A stretch of 64,000 bases of DNA from Macrostomum hystrix. Taxonomy: Eukaryota > Animalia > Platyhelminthes. The stretch's first letter is position 1, and the number at the start of each line of letters is the position of its first letter. The position numbers and the translations under genes were made by a program. The notes under the pieces are model-generated. The model was not told where the DNA came from, did not search any database, and saw only the letters and a program-made list of their open reading frames with translations. Shown piece by piece: positions 11,784 to 23,787 of this stretch. The DNA lies in the NCBI GenBank assembly GCA_950097015.1, contig CATNEN010000007.1, forward strand, positions 1,798,001 through 1,862,000, given 5' to 3'.

Positions 11784-13292
11784 GTGCCGGGCTGCGCCGA
11801 ACCTGAATTGCAGCCGGCAGATCCGATGACGGGCTGCGCCAGGAAGCGAAAGGCAGCGAAAGCAGCCGGGCAATGTTGGCCGAAGAGAATGAGGCCAGGA
11901 TTCGACAAGCTGCTCAGTATGAGTGGGACGCAATGCGATAAACGTAGGCGCAGACGAGAGAATACTGTCCATCATGTCCAGCACTCAGGGCTGCATTTTA
12001 ATCATTTCCATGACAGAATTCACGATCAACAGGTGACTCAGAATCCTGATCCTGACCAGCCATGTCAACGACATTCAGGTCAGCATCATGACTATCAGCA
12101 TGACCATCAACATGACTATCAGCATGACCATCAACATGACTATCAGCATGACTATCAGCATGACTATCAGCATGACCATCAACATGACTATCAGCATGAC
12201 CATCAACATGACTATCAGCATGACCATCAACATGACTATCAGCATGACCATCAGCATGACAAGCATCATAACCATCAACAGAACTATCAACATGACCAAC
12301 AAAATGACCAGCATCATGACTATCAACATGACCAGCATTATGACCATCAACATGACCAGCATCAAGATAGTCGACATGACCAGAATCATGACAACGAGCA
12401 TGACCAGAATCATGACAATCAGCATGACCAGAATCATGACAAGCAGCATGATCAGAATCATGACAAGCAGCATGACCAGAATCAATATTTCGCACCACAT
12501 CGCGGCCAGCAGCAGCGAAGGCGCAGCCGTCGCAACCACCAGCTGCTGCTGCTGGCGCTGACCTGCAGTCTGCAGCGCCCCTCCAGCGTTGCGGCCTGCG
12601 GCCGGCAGCCGGCTCGGGTGCAGGTGCCGCCAGCCGAGTTCTTCGCCCAAGAAGCCGAGCCGCAGGTTCGCCAGGTGCCGTGCAGCCTGACTGGCGATCG
12701 GTTCTATTGCGACAACGGCGGCTCCTGCCTCATCACCGTCCGTTGGTCGCCTGGCCAAAATCGGGTCGAGCAGAAAATTGATCGGCCGCACTGCCGCTGC
12801 CAGCCCGGCTTTCGGGGCGTCAACTGCGAACTCATCGACCTGCTGCCGTCCTCGCTGGATCTGGGCCCAGCTGCGGCCGCCTCGGTGGCCACTCTCGCCG
12901 CCTTGCTTGGCATGCTTCTGGCAGCTGTCCTGCTGTACATCTGCTGCTGCAGGGACTTGATGCCGCCGACAACGCATCAGCGCCGACAACCAGCGGCAGG
13001 TGAGGCCCTGTCTCAGCAGCCAGAAGCGTCACTGACGGAGCCTCTGAGTGGCTATTTGTGCAGCGGTGTTTGCCACGACGGCAGCCGCGGCGGCATACAC
13101 GCGCCCGTCTCCCTGGCCCTGATCGGCACGCCGGCCCGACTGTCTATGGTAAATCGTGGCTGGGGTCGGCTGGCCTTCGATCGCGACTCAATCGATTTGT
13201 TCATCGACGAAGATTTTGAAGCCACTGAGCTGCAGCCGCCCGACGATCTGGTGACACCGATGACCGTTGACACCGTCCTGCTGGCGGGCTAG
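11784..13292 (+). CDS. Single EGF-like domain plus transmembrane protein (candidate membrane-anchored EGF-family ligand); 5' structure uncertain
   Basis: EGF-type Cys pattern C-x8-C-x5-C-x21-C-x-C-x8-C (CSLTGDRFYCDNGGSC...CRCQPGFRGVNC). It is followed by a hydrophobic TM (ASVATLAALLGMLLAAVLLYICCC) and a cytoplasmic tail, and preceded by a hydrophobic LLLLALTCSL segment. The HD/Q repeat at ~12085-12485 may be intronic (candidate donor at 12033). Confidence 0.6.
   Translation: MPGCAEPELQPADPMTGCARKRKAAKAAGQCWPKRMRPGFDKLLSMSGTQCDKRRRRRENTVHHVQHSGLHFNHFHDRIHDQQVTQNPDPDQPCQRHSGQHHDYQHDHQHDYQHDHQHDYQHDYQHDYQHDHQHDYQHDHQHDYQHDHQHDYQHDHQHDKHHNHQQNYQHDQQNDQHHDYQHDQHYDHQHDQHQDSRHDQNHDNEHDQNHDNQHDQNHDKQHDQNHDKQHDQNQYFAPHRGQQQRRRSRRNHQLLLLALTCSLQRPSSVAACGRQPARVQVPPAEFFAQEAEPQVRQVPCSLTGDRFYCDNGGSCLITVRWSPGQNRVEQKIDRPHCRCQPGFRGVNCELIDLLPSSLDLGPAAAASVATLAALLGMLLAAVLLYICCCRDLMPPTTHQRRQPAAGEALSQQPEASLTEPLSGYLCSGVCHDGSRGGIHAPVSLALIGTPARLSMVNRGWGRLAFDRDSIDLFIDEDFEATELQPPDDLVTPMTVDTVLLAG
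12085..12485. repeat. 12-bp minisatellite CATGAC(C/T)ATCA(A/G), encoding HD(Y/H)Q if exonic
   Basis: Direct inspection. Confidence 0.9.
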
Positions 13293-13476
13293 TAGGAGTT
13301 GCTCGTATTTAAACAAAAAGCACCGCGCTTAGGTCCTCCTGTTTTGTCGATTACTGTAGACAATTAAGTGTAATTAAGCTGATTTTTTGGGTATTTTTTT
13401 ATAATAGCACACTAACAGTAGAATGACCACGGGCTATTTGAAATTCCCACTGCCTACTTCACGATAACTCCCGATA

Positions 13477-13704
13477 GACCTTGTCGAAGACCTTGTCGAA
13501 GACCTTGTCGAAGACCTTGTCGAAGACCTTGTTGAAGACCTTGTCGAAGACCTTGTCTAAGACCTTGTCGAAGACCTTGTCGAAGACCTTGTCGAAGACC
13601 TTGTCGAAGACCTTGTCGAAGACCTTGTCGAAGACCTTGTCGAAGACCTTGTCGAAGACCTTGTCGAAGACCTTGTCGAAGACCTTGTCGAAGACCTTGT
13701 CGAA
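13477..13704. repeat. 12-bp minisatellite GACCTTGTCGAA x19
   Basis: Direct inspection. Confidence 0.95.
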
Positions 13705-15593
13705 TTTAGCGAGCAGAAAAATTTTACCTATATTGTTGGTTTTTGCCATCAAAGAACCACAACAACCATAAACCACCAAACGTTGAGTATCTTGACAATG
13801 TCGATGTTTTTTTGTTCTGGAAATTGTTTAGTCGGATTAGCCCGTGTTCTGGACTTTCATGACGATTGTTTGAATATTTTTGGAGATATGGATTTAGTAG
13901 ATGCGCGACAGAAAAAAATGCGGATTTTTAAATACCTTTGCGGGCCTTCTACTGTTAAAGGTACTTTGTGCTATGTTTTGTTAAAATGGTAATTTAATAC
14001 AAGCTCGGTAGCTAAATTAATTATTAATTTCACTGCTTTTAAGCAAACTTTGGCTTGCTTCTAGGGTGGGAATGAAACCAGGTGGGGAGGTCAGGAAGAT
14101 AGGGGAGGCAGATATCAGGTAAACTTGAGCTGAGCGCCAGAAAGGAAAGATTGAGATGGAGTGCAGAGAGAAATATGCTGTGCACTGAGTTACTGACAAG
14201 AAAAATATTATTTCCTATTTTTGCGACAAAAGCAGGTGGATATTCAATAATTAACTGTGAACTTATCCAGCCGTTAACTACTTGACTAAAGTAATATAAA
14301 TTTTCGTAATAAATTATTGTACTTATCCTGCAGCTGCAGATATTTGCTAGTCGGGCAATCATTCCGATCAAAATATCATTTTTAATAGTTTTCTAATAGT
14401 GATGATCACAAATTGTGATTTTAATTCGTAAATTGATATGCTTGATTGTCCATGTTTTAACTAGAATGCTAAATTAATTTGCACTTTTATTTTTTAGTTA
14501 TACTGTCAATTTGTTTTAATTTAGCTAGTTTAATTATCTCGTTCTTAGAAATAAATTTACAAATTCAGTCACGCATAAAGCCCTCTTTGATTTATAAATA
14601 AGGAATGTCATTTGGAGAGACTAAAAATGTGATTTAATTTTTTTAATAAGAATTCTTTAAATAATAATTAAGGATAATTCATGAATTAATAATAATTCAG
14701 TTTATATCTAAGAATTTTGTGAATCAATGCAAATTCGTTAAATCAATATAAAGTATGTAAATCGACAAGAATTCAGCTTATCATGAAGAATTAAAAAATG
14801 TATCTGAATTCGTGAATCATAAAAAATCGTGAACCAATAAAGATAAGAATTCTGTGAATTTAGAACTCAGTTAATTGGGTTCAATTTAATGACAAATTTT
14901 ACAATATTTCGATAAACTAATGATTAAACAAATTGGGATTTCAATAAATCAGAAATTCCTATTTATCCTAGAGAAATCCTGAAAAGTCGCAACAGATGGT
15001 GACTCGGAGAATTATAATTGGTTAGTTGGGGATGCAGGCGGCACAGTGTGCTATTTTTAGAACCGATTGCGCAATCGCCGCTCTCGGATTGACCAGAAAC
15101 CGCAGCCAGAATTCTGCCCGGGCGGAGAAGGCAAACTCGAGAGGATCGGTGAGCCGAACGATAAGATTTTCCCATCAATTTCCCAGGAGTATTAATCCCA
15201 CTGGGGCTGGGGACACAAAGAAGGCGAGGCCCGGGCTGAGGGCGAGAGTGAAATGCTAAAAATAGGCCACAGGATGATTGATGGACGGACGGAGATTGGG
15301 GCTGGAAGCAGCAATACTAGTATATATAGTATAATTACTAATGATTAGTGACGTACACTATCGAATAACAGGAGAGAGATTCTAAAAGACTTCTCTAAGT
15401 CGAGCTTTATGATTCTACCCCTTTGCTTGCGGTCGAGTTCAATATCTAAAATATTTACGAGAATACAGGAGAGAGAGGGAGGGAAGGTAGATGAGATAGA
15501 ATGAGACTGGAGAGACGCTACAGAATAGAAAACTCGGCAGAACTGCACAGAGAGATCATTTAGAGCTATGCCGCTGCGTCTCACAATGCATGA

Positions 15594-16205
15594 ATAGATG
15601 CCGAATGCTAATTTAGCTCAAATATGATAACTAGTCTACAGAGGGCAGTCAGCAGTCTACGGAGGGCAGGCATGCATGGATAGATGCCGAATGCTAATTT
15701 AGCTCAAATATAATAACTAGTCTACAGAGGGCAGTCAGCAGTCTACGGAGGGCAGGCATGCATGGATAGATGCCGAATGCTAATTTAGCTCAAATATGAT
15801 AACTAGTCTACAGAGGGCAGTCAGCAGTCTACGGAGGGCAGGCATGCATGGATAGATGCCGAATGCTAATTTAGCTCAAATATGATAACTAGTCTACAGA
15901 GGGCAGTCAGCAGTCTACGGAGGGCAGGCATGCATGGATAGATGCCGAATGCTAATTTAGCTCAAATATGATAACTAGTCTACAGAGGGCAGTCAGCAGT
16001 CTACGGAGGGCAGGCATGCATGGATAGATGCCGAATGCTAATTTAGCTCAAATATGATAACTAGTCTACAGAGGGCAGTCAGCAGTCTACGGAGGGCAGG
16101 CATGCATGGATAGATGCCGAATGCTAATTTAGCTCAAATATGATAACTAGTCTACAGAGGGCAGTCAGCAGTCTACGGAGGGCAGGCATGCACGGATAGA
16201 TGCTG
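15594..16205. repeat. 86-bp tandem repeat x7, near-identical
   Basis: Unit starts at 15594, 15680, 15766 and onward at 86-bp steps. Confidence 0.95.
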
Positions 16206-16491
16206 CTGGCTGATCGAATGCTATACTGAATTGGCCATGAATGATAGTGGAAGTCTCCGATATAACAGGAACCCGCTCACAATTAGCATAAGTACTGCAT
16301 TTGCATTGCAAGAATATTATATATCCTCATTTATTCCAAAAATCCGATTTCATTTCAAATCAGATCAAACAAACAACTATTTATTTGAATCAACAAAGAG
16401 AGTCCGAATAACTATTGATTAAATAAGCATTCTTAAATTGCTTCATGAATGGGAACCAAACCTTAACCAGTTCTATTTTTCTTAAATCCGC

Positions 16492-17922
16492 CCCTCACAC
16501 AGTTCTATTAAGAGGAATCCGCCCCCTCAACTACTATCCTAATTGTAATCCGCCCCCCTCACCTACTATCCTAATTGTAATCCGCCCCCCTCACCTACTG
16601 TCCTAATTGGAATCCGCCCCCTCACCTACTATCCTAATTGGAATCCGCCCCCTCAACTACTATCCTAATTGGAATCCGCCCCCTCACCTACTATCCTAAT
16701 TGTAATCCGCCCCCCTCACTTACTATCCTAATTGGAATCCGCCCCCTCACCCATTGGCCTGATCGGAATCCGCCCCCTCACCTACTATCCTAATTGGAAT
16801 CCGCCCCCTCACCCATTGGCCTGATCGGAATCCGCCCCCTCACCTACTATCCTAATTGGAATCTACCCTCTCACCTACTATCCTAATTGGAATCCGCCCC
16901 CTCACCCATTGGCCTGATCGGAATCCGCCCCCTCACCTACTATCCTAATTGGAATCCGCCCCCTCACCCATTGGCCTGATCGGAATCCGCCCCCTCACCT
17001 ACTATCCTAATTGGAATCTACCCTCTCACCTACTATCCTAATTGGAATCCGCCCCCTCACCCATTGGCCTGATCGGAATCCGCCCCCTCACCTACTATCC
17101 TAATTGGAATCCGCCCACTCACCCATTGTCCTGATCGGAATCCGCCCCCTCACCTACTATCCTAATTGGAATCCGCCTCCTCACCTACTATCCTAATTGG
17201 AATCCGCCCCCTCACCTACTATCCTAATTGGAATCCGCCCCCTCACCTACTATCCTAATTGGAATCCGCCCCCTCACCTACTATCCTAATTGGAATCCGC
17301 CCCCTCTCCTACTATCCTAATTGGAATCCACCCTCTCACCTACTATCCTAATTGTAATCCGCCCCCTCACTTACTATCCTAATTGAAATCCGCCCCCTCA
17401 CCCATTGGCCTGATCGGAATCCGCCCCCTCACCCATTATCCTAATTGGAATCTACCCTCTCACCTACTATCCTAATTGGAATCCGCCCCCTCACCTACTA
17501 TCCTAATTGGAATCCGCCCCCTCACCTACTATCCTAATTGGAATCCGCCCACTCACCCATTGTCCTGATCGGAATCCGCCCCCTCACCTACTATCCTAAT
17601 TGGAATCCGCCTCCTCACCTACTATCCTAATTGGAATCCGCCCCCTCACCTACTATCCTAATTGGAATCCGCCCCCTCACCTACTATCCTAATTGGAATC
17701 CGCCCCCTCACCTACTATCCTAATTGGAATCCGCCCCCTCTCCTACTATCCTAATTGAAATCCACCCTCTCACCTACTATCCTAATTGTAATCCGCCCCC
17801 TCACTTACTATCCTAATTGAAATCCGCCCCCTCACCCATTGGCCTGATCGGAATCCGCCCCCTCACCCATTGGCCTGATCAGAATCCGCCCCCTCACCCA
17901 TTGGCCTGATCGGAATCCGCCC
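16492..17922. repeat. 31-bp minisatellite GGAATCCGCCCCCTCACC-(TACTATCCTAATT / CATTGGCCTGATC) with two interleaved variants
   Basis: Direct inspection; ends ~25 bp from the stop codon at 17947. Confidence 0.95.
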
Positions 17923-17946
17923 ATCAACCGCTTCCGCGGTAAGTCA

Positions 17947-20900
17947 TCAGTCCTTAAGCTCGCAGGCAATCAGGTATTTGGGGCCGCCATAGGAGTCGCC
18001 AATTAGCGCCAGGAGCGCTCGACACTGGGAGTCGTAGACTAGACTGAACGGACGCAAATTGGCTGTCTGGCAGTCCTGAGCAGCCATTCGGTCCTGCAGC
18101 GCATCCGGCAGGTAGAGCTCGGCTTTCATTGAAAATTTGGGCTGCAACGGCTTGCCCGGCTCTTTGGCCATTGTCTCGTCCGACAAATCGTAGGCGTAAA
18201 TCGATGACTCGGCCGGACTGCTGAGAAACAGGACGCCCCGACGGCCAGCAACATCAGCCGCTTTGGGAGCGCCTTGATCCCAGGCCAGGTAGCGATCGCC
18301 AGGTAGCCAGTATTTGCCGTAGCAGCGATTGAACGAGGACTGTAGGAATTTAAGTGTGGTTTTTGATGGGGAAAAATGTAATATCAGATGGGGAAGAATG
18401 TAAGATCGGATGGGGAAGAATGAAAGCTCGGATGGGGAAGAATGTAAGATCGGATGTGGAAAAATGTAAGATCGGATGTGGAAAAATGTAAGATCGGATG
18501 TGGAAAAATGTAAGATCGGATGTGGAAAAATGTAAGATCGGATGGGGAAGAATGTAGGATTGGATGGAGAAGAATGTAAGATCGGATGGGGAAGAATGTA
18601 AGATCGGATGGGGAGGAATGTAAGATCGGATGGGGAAGAATGTAGGATTGGATTGAGAAGAATGTAAGATTGGATTGAGAAGAATGTAAGATCGGATGGA
18701 GAAGAATGTAAGATCGGATGGGGAAGAATGTAAGATCGGATGTGGAAAAATGTAAGATCGGATGGGGAAGAATGTAAGATTGGATTGAGAAGAATGTAAG
18801 ATCGGATGGAGAAGAATGTAAGATCGGATGGAGAAGAATGTAAGATCGGATGGGGAAGAATGTAAGATCGGATGGGGAAGAATGTAAGATCGGATGGGGA
18901 AGAATGTAAGATCGGATGGGGAAGAATGTAAGATCAGATGAAGAAGAATGTAAGATCAGATGGGGAAGAATGTAAGATCGGATGTGGAAAAATGTAAGAT
19001 CGGATGTGGAAAAATGTAAGATCGGATGTGGAAAAATGTAAGATCGGATGGGGAAGAATGTAGGATTGGATGGAGAAGAATGTAAGATCGGATGGGGAAG
19101 AATGTAAGATCGGATGGGGAGGAATGTAAGATCGGATGGGGAAGAATGTAGGATTGGATTGAGAAGAATGTAAGATTGGATTGAGAAGAATGTAAGATCG
19201 GATTGAGAAGAATGTAAGATCGGATGGAGAAGAATGTAAGATCGGATGGAGAAGAATGTAAGATCGGATGGGGAAGAATGTAAGATCGGATGGGGAAGAA
19301 TGTAAGATCGGATGGGGAAGAATGTAAGATCGGATGGGGAAGAATGTAAGATCAGATGAAGAAGAATGTAAGATCAGATGGGGAAGAATGTAAGATCGGA
19401 TGTGGAAAAATGTAAGATCGGATGTGGAAAAATGTAAGATCGGATGTGGAAAAATGTAAGATCGGATGTGGAAAAATGTAAGATCGGATGGGGAAGAATG
19501 TAGGATTGGATGGAGAAGAATGTAAGATCGGATGGGGAAGAATGTAAGATCGGATGGGGAAGAATGTAAGATCGGATGGGGAAGAATTTAAGATTGGATG
19601 GGGAAGAATTAAGGATCGGATGGGGAAGAATTAAGGATCGGATGGGGAAGAATTAAGGATCGGATAGGGAAGAATTAAGGATCGGATGGGGAAGAATTAA
19701 GGATCGGATGGGGAGGAATGTAAGATCGGATGGGGAAGAATGTAAGATCGGATGGGGAAGAATGTAGGATTGGATGGAGAAGAATGTAAGATCGGATGGG
19801 GAAGAATGTAGGATTGGATGGAGAAGAATGTAAGATCGGATGTGGAAGAAAAACAAAAGGAATGGGAACGAATAAAAAATAGAGTGGGTGGAGAGCGAAA
19901 AATAGATCGGGGGTTGCACCGAAAACTGTTTGATGAAGTGAAAGTGCGGAGCAGAACTGGAGAACTAACAGAGCATACCGCCCTGCCTTTGCAGTCCGCC
20001 AAAAAACTCTAGGAATGGTGAGTATATGCAAGTACACGCAATTAGTGCCTGTCAGTCAGGTGAGGGCAGAGCAAATACCCCTAGTCTATGGGAAGGAAAC
20101 GAGAATAGGCCAATGCAATGGGAAGACAAATTTTGTGTCTTTACGTACATTACATATAGTTGGGGTTCTTATATGCTTAGAAGCTGGATCGCTTTGATTC
20201 TAGTTCTTTTTTCGATTCAATTCATCAGAGTGCTCTGATTCATCTAGACTGTTTCATCCAATCAGAGTGCTCTGATTCATCTAGACTGTTTCATCCAATC
20301 AGAGTGCTCTGATTCATCTAGACTGTTTCATCCAATCAGAGTGCTCTGATTCATCTAGACTGTTTCATCCAATCAGAGTGCTCTTATTCATCTAGACTGT
20401 TTCATCCAATCAGAGTGCTCTTATTCATCTAGACTGTTTCATCCAATCAGAGTGCTCTTATTCATCTAGACTGTTTCATCCAATCAGAGTGCTCTGATTC
20501 ATCTAGACTGTTTCATCCAATCAGAGTGCTCTGATTCATCTAGACTGTTTCATCCAATCAGAGTGCTCTGATTCAACTAGACTGTTTCATCCAATCAGAG
20601 TGCTCTGATTCATCTAGACTATTGCATCCAATCAGAGTGCTCTGATTCATCTAGACTATTGCGTTCAATCAGAGTGCTCACATTTATCTAGACTGTTTCA
20701 TCCAATCAGAGTGCTCACATTTATCTAGACTGTTTCATCCAATCAGAGTGCTCACATTCATCTAGACTGTTTCCTACAATCAAAGTGCTCACATTCATCT
20801 AGACTGTTTCATCCAATCAGAGTGCTCACATTCATCTAGACTGTTTCATCCAATCAGAGTGCTCACATTAATCTAGACTGTTTCATCCAATCAGAGTGCT

Positions 20901-23574
20901 CACATTCATCTAGACTGTTTCATCCAATCAGAGTGCTCTTATTCATCTAGACTGTTTCATCCAATCAGAGTGCTCTTATTCATCTAGACTGTTTCATCCA
21001 ATCAGAGTGCTCTGATTCATCTAGACTGTTTCATCCAATCAGAGTGCTCTGATTCATCTAGACTGTTTCATCCAATCAGAGTGCTCTGATTCAACTAGAC
21101 TGTTTCATCCAATCAGAGTGCTCTGATTCATCTAGACTATTGCATCCAATCAGAGTGCTCTGATTCATCTAGACTATTGCGTTCAATCAGAGTGCTCACA
21201 TTTATCTAGACTGTTTCATCCAATCAGAGTGCTCACATTTATCTAGACTGTTTCATCCAATCAGAGTGCTCACATTCATCTAGACTGTTTCATCCAATCA
21301 GAGTGCTCACATTCATCTAGACTGTTTCATCCAATCAGAGTGCTCTTATTCATCTAGACTGTTTCATCCAATCAGAGTGCTCACATTAATCTAGACTGTT
21401 TCATCCAATCAGAGTGCTCACATTCATCTAGACTGTTTCCTACAATCAGAGTGCTCACATTAATCTAGACTGTTTCCTACAATCAGAGTGCTCACATTAA
21501 TCTACTGCTTCCCTAAGCCAGAGTGCTCAGCTTAATCGATTTTTTCATTTTCTCTCACCTGTTTTCCTCCGTCAACTTTTCGCCGCTCCGTCAAGCGCTT
21601 CGGCAGCGGTCTCTCCGGCTTCTCCAGCACCGGCGTCCAAACCTTCTGGTGTGCGCTGAGGCACACAGCAGCGCAGTTCTCAGGGAAGGCGGGGCTGCCG
21701 TAGGATTTGGTGATGACCGGGTAGCCAGCCGCCATAATCACATCCCACGGGTGCAAGTTCTCTAGCACAGTGCACATTGCAGAATTGTTCTTGCGAATCA
21801 GGCTGCAAATTATCGGATGGCTGCTCAATCTGAGCTCCTGGGAGGATGGCTGCTCAATCTGAGAATCTGGGAGGATGGCTGCTCAATCTGAGCTCCTGGG
21901 AGGATGACTGCTCAATCTGAGCTCCTGGGAGGATGACTGCTCAATCTGAGCTCCTGGGAGGATGGCTGCTCAATCTGAGAATCTGGGAGGATGGCTGCTC
22001 AATCTGAGCTCCTGGGAGGATGACTGCTCAATCTGAGCTCCTGGGAGGATGGCTGCTCAATCTGAGAATCTGGGAGGATGGCTGCTCAATCTGAGCATCT
22101 GGGAGGATGGCTGCTCAATCTGAGAATCTGGGAGGGTGGCTGCTCAATCTGAGCATCTGGGAGGATGGCTGCTCAATCTGAGCATCTGGGAGGATGGCTG
22201 CTCAATCTGAGCTCCTCGGATGATGACTGCTCAATTTGAGCTCCTCGAATGATGACTGCTCAATCTGAGCTCCTCGGATGATGACTGCTTAATCTGAGCA
22301 TCTGGGAGGATGACTGCTCAATCTGAGCATCTGGGAGGATGGCTGCTCAATCTGAGAATCTGGGAGGATGGCTGCTCAATCTGAGCATCTGGGAGGATGG
22401 CTGCTCAATCTGAGAATCTGGGAGGATGGCTGCTCAATCTGAGCATCTGGGAGGATGGCTGCTCAATCTGAGCATCTGGGAGGATGGCTGCTCAATCTGA
22501 GCATCTGGGAGAATGGCTGCTCAATCTGAGCTCCTCGGATGATGACTGCTCAATCTGAGCATCTGGGAGAATGGCTGCTCAATCTGAGCTCCTCGGATGA
22601 TGACTGCTTAATCTGAGCATCTGGGAGGATGACAGCTCAATCTGAGCATCTGGGAGAATGGCTGCTCAATCTGAGCTCCTCGGATGATGACTGCTCAATT
22701 TGAGCTCCTCGAATGATGACTGCTCAATCTGAGCTCCTCGGATGATGACTGCTTAATCTGAGCATCTGGGAGGATGACTGCTCAATCTGAGCATCTGGGA
22801 GGATGACTGCTCAATCTGAGAATCTGGGAGAATGGCTGCTCAATCTGAGCTCCTCGGATGATGACTGCTCAATCTGAGCTCCTCGGATGATGACTGCTCA
22901 ATCTGAGCATCTGGGAGGATGACTGCTCAATCTGAGCATCTGGGAGGATGACTGCTCAATCTGAGAATCTGGGAGGATGACTGCTCAATCTGAGAATCTG
23001 GGAGGATGACTGATCAATCTGAGCATCTGGGAGGATGGCTGCTCAATCTGAGCTCTCAGGAGGATGGCTAATTTCTACCCACTACTGCTCAGGCTTTTAG
23101 TAGTACATGTGGCAAATATAAGTCACCTGAGAGCGCAGGCGTTCCTCATGTAGGGCCAATTGTATCGAACCAGCAGCTCCTGCTGATAATCAATCAGGTA
23201 TACAAAATTGTCTCGCCGCTCAACAGCAAAGAACTCGTGCTCGCCCATTGTGCTGGCCAATGGGGCGCCAGTGCCGGCATCAACCAGGTGGCATTTCCTG
23301 TCCGAGCCGGTGACCAACAGTTTGCAGCCGGATTTGCCGCAGAATTTCACCTGCCGAGGCCGATACCTGGTAACTAGCTGTGGCGTCAGATCCGCCTTAA
23401 ACTGCAGGTTGGAGTTCGAGTCCAGCGAAAATAACTCGGCCCTGTTGGAGTTGTAGATGAGCAGGCCGCCAGATTGGGGCTCGATTGCTAACCACCTGGG
23501 CTCCACGCTAGAGTAGGGTAGGCTTTGGATACTATTAATGCTCCAAATGCTGTGCGGAGCCATGCGGTTCGCGG
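17947..23574 (-). CDS. Three-exon gene for an uncharacterised, probably beta-propeller (NHL/WD-like) protein; may lack 5' exons
   Basis: Exons 23574-23127, 21802-21559 and 18339-17947 join in matching phases (2, then 0) with canonical GT/AG. Beta-rich segments such as PRWLAIEPQSGGLLIYNS, KLLVTGSDRKCHLVD and RGVLFLSSPAESSIYAYDL. First ATG is at 23563. Confidence 0.6.
18380..19850. repeat. 22-bp minisatellite GATCGGATGGGGAAGAATGTAA
   Basis: Direct inspection; a variant block recurs at 418 bp (19 units). Confidence 0.95.
20222..21505. repeat. 37-bp minisatellite CATCCAATCAGAGTGCTCTGATTCATCTAGACTGTTT
   Basis: Direct inspection; a variant block recurs at 518 bp (14 units). Confidence 0.95.
21813..23070. 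repeat. 29-bp minisatellite GGATGGCTGCTCAATCTGAGCTCCTGGGA
   Basis: Direct inspection; starts ~10 bp from the splice acceptor at 21803. Confidence 0.95.
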
Positions 23575-23787
23575 CTATGCAAAATCTCAATTAGAAGCTA
23601 ATTAATCAGCTCACTTAATCAGGCAGGTATATTGATTTAGCTTAATGAGTGACTTCCGATGTGCACATTATAAACACCTTAAAGCAGACGGAAAACATTA
23701 TGTCTATGGGAGTTCTTATACAAAATGTCCACCATTATGCTGCGCTACATGACACGGGGTCTATCTATTCTTACACGTTTGTTTTAG

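Noticed and set aside
16492-23070. Regularly spaced repeats resembling CRISPR arrays
   Set aside because: These are head-to-tail tandem units with no unique spacers, in a eukaryotic intron context with no cas genes.
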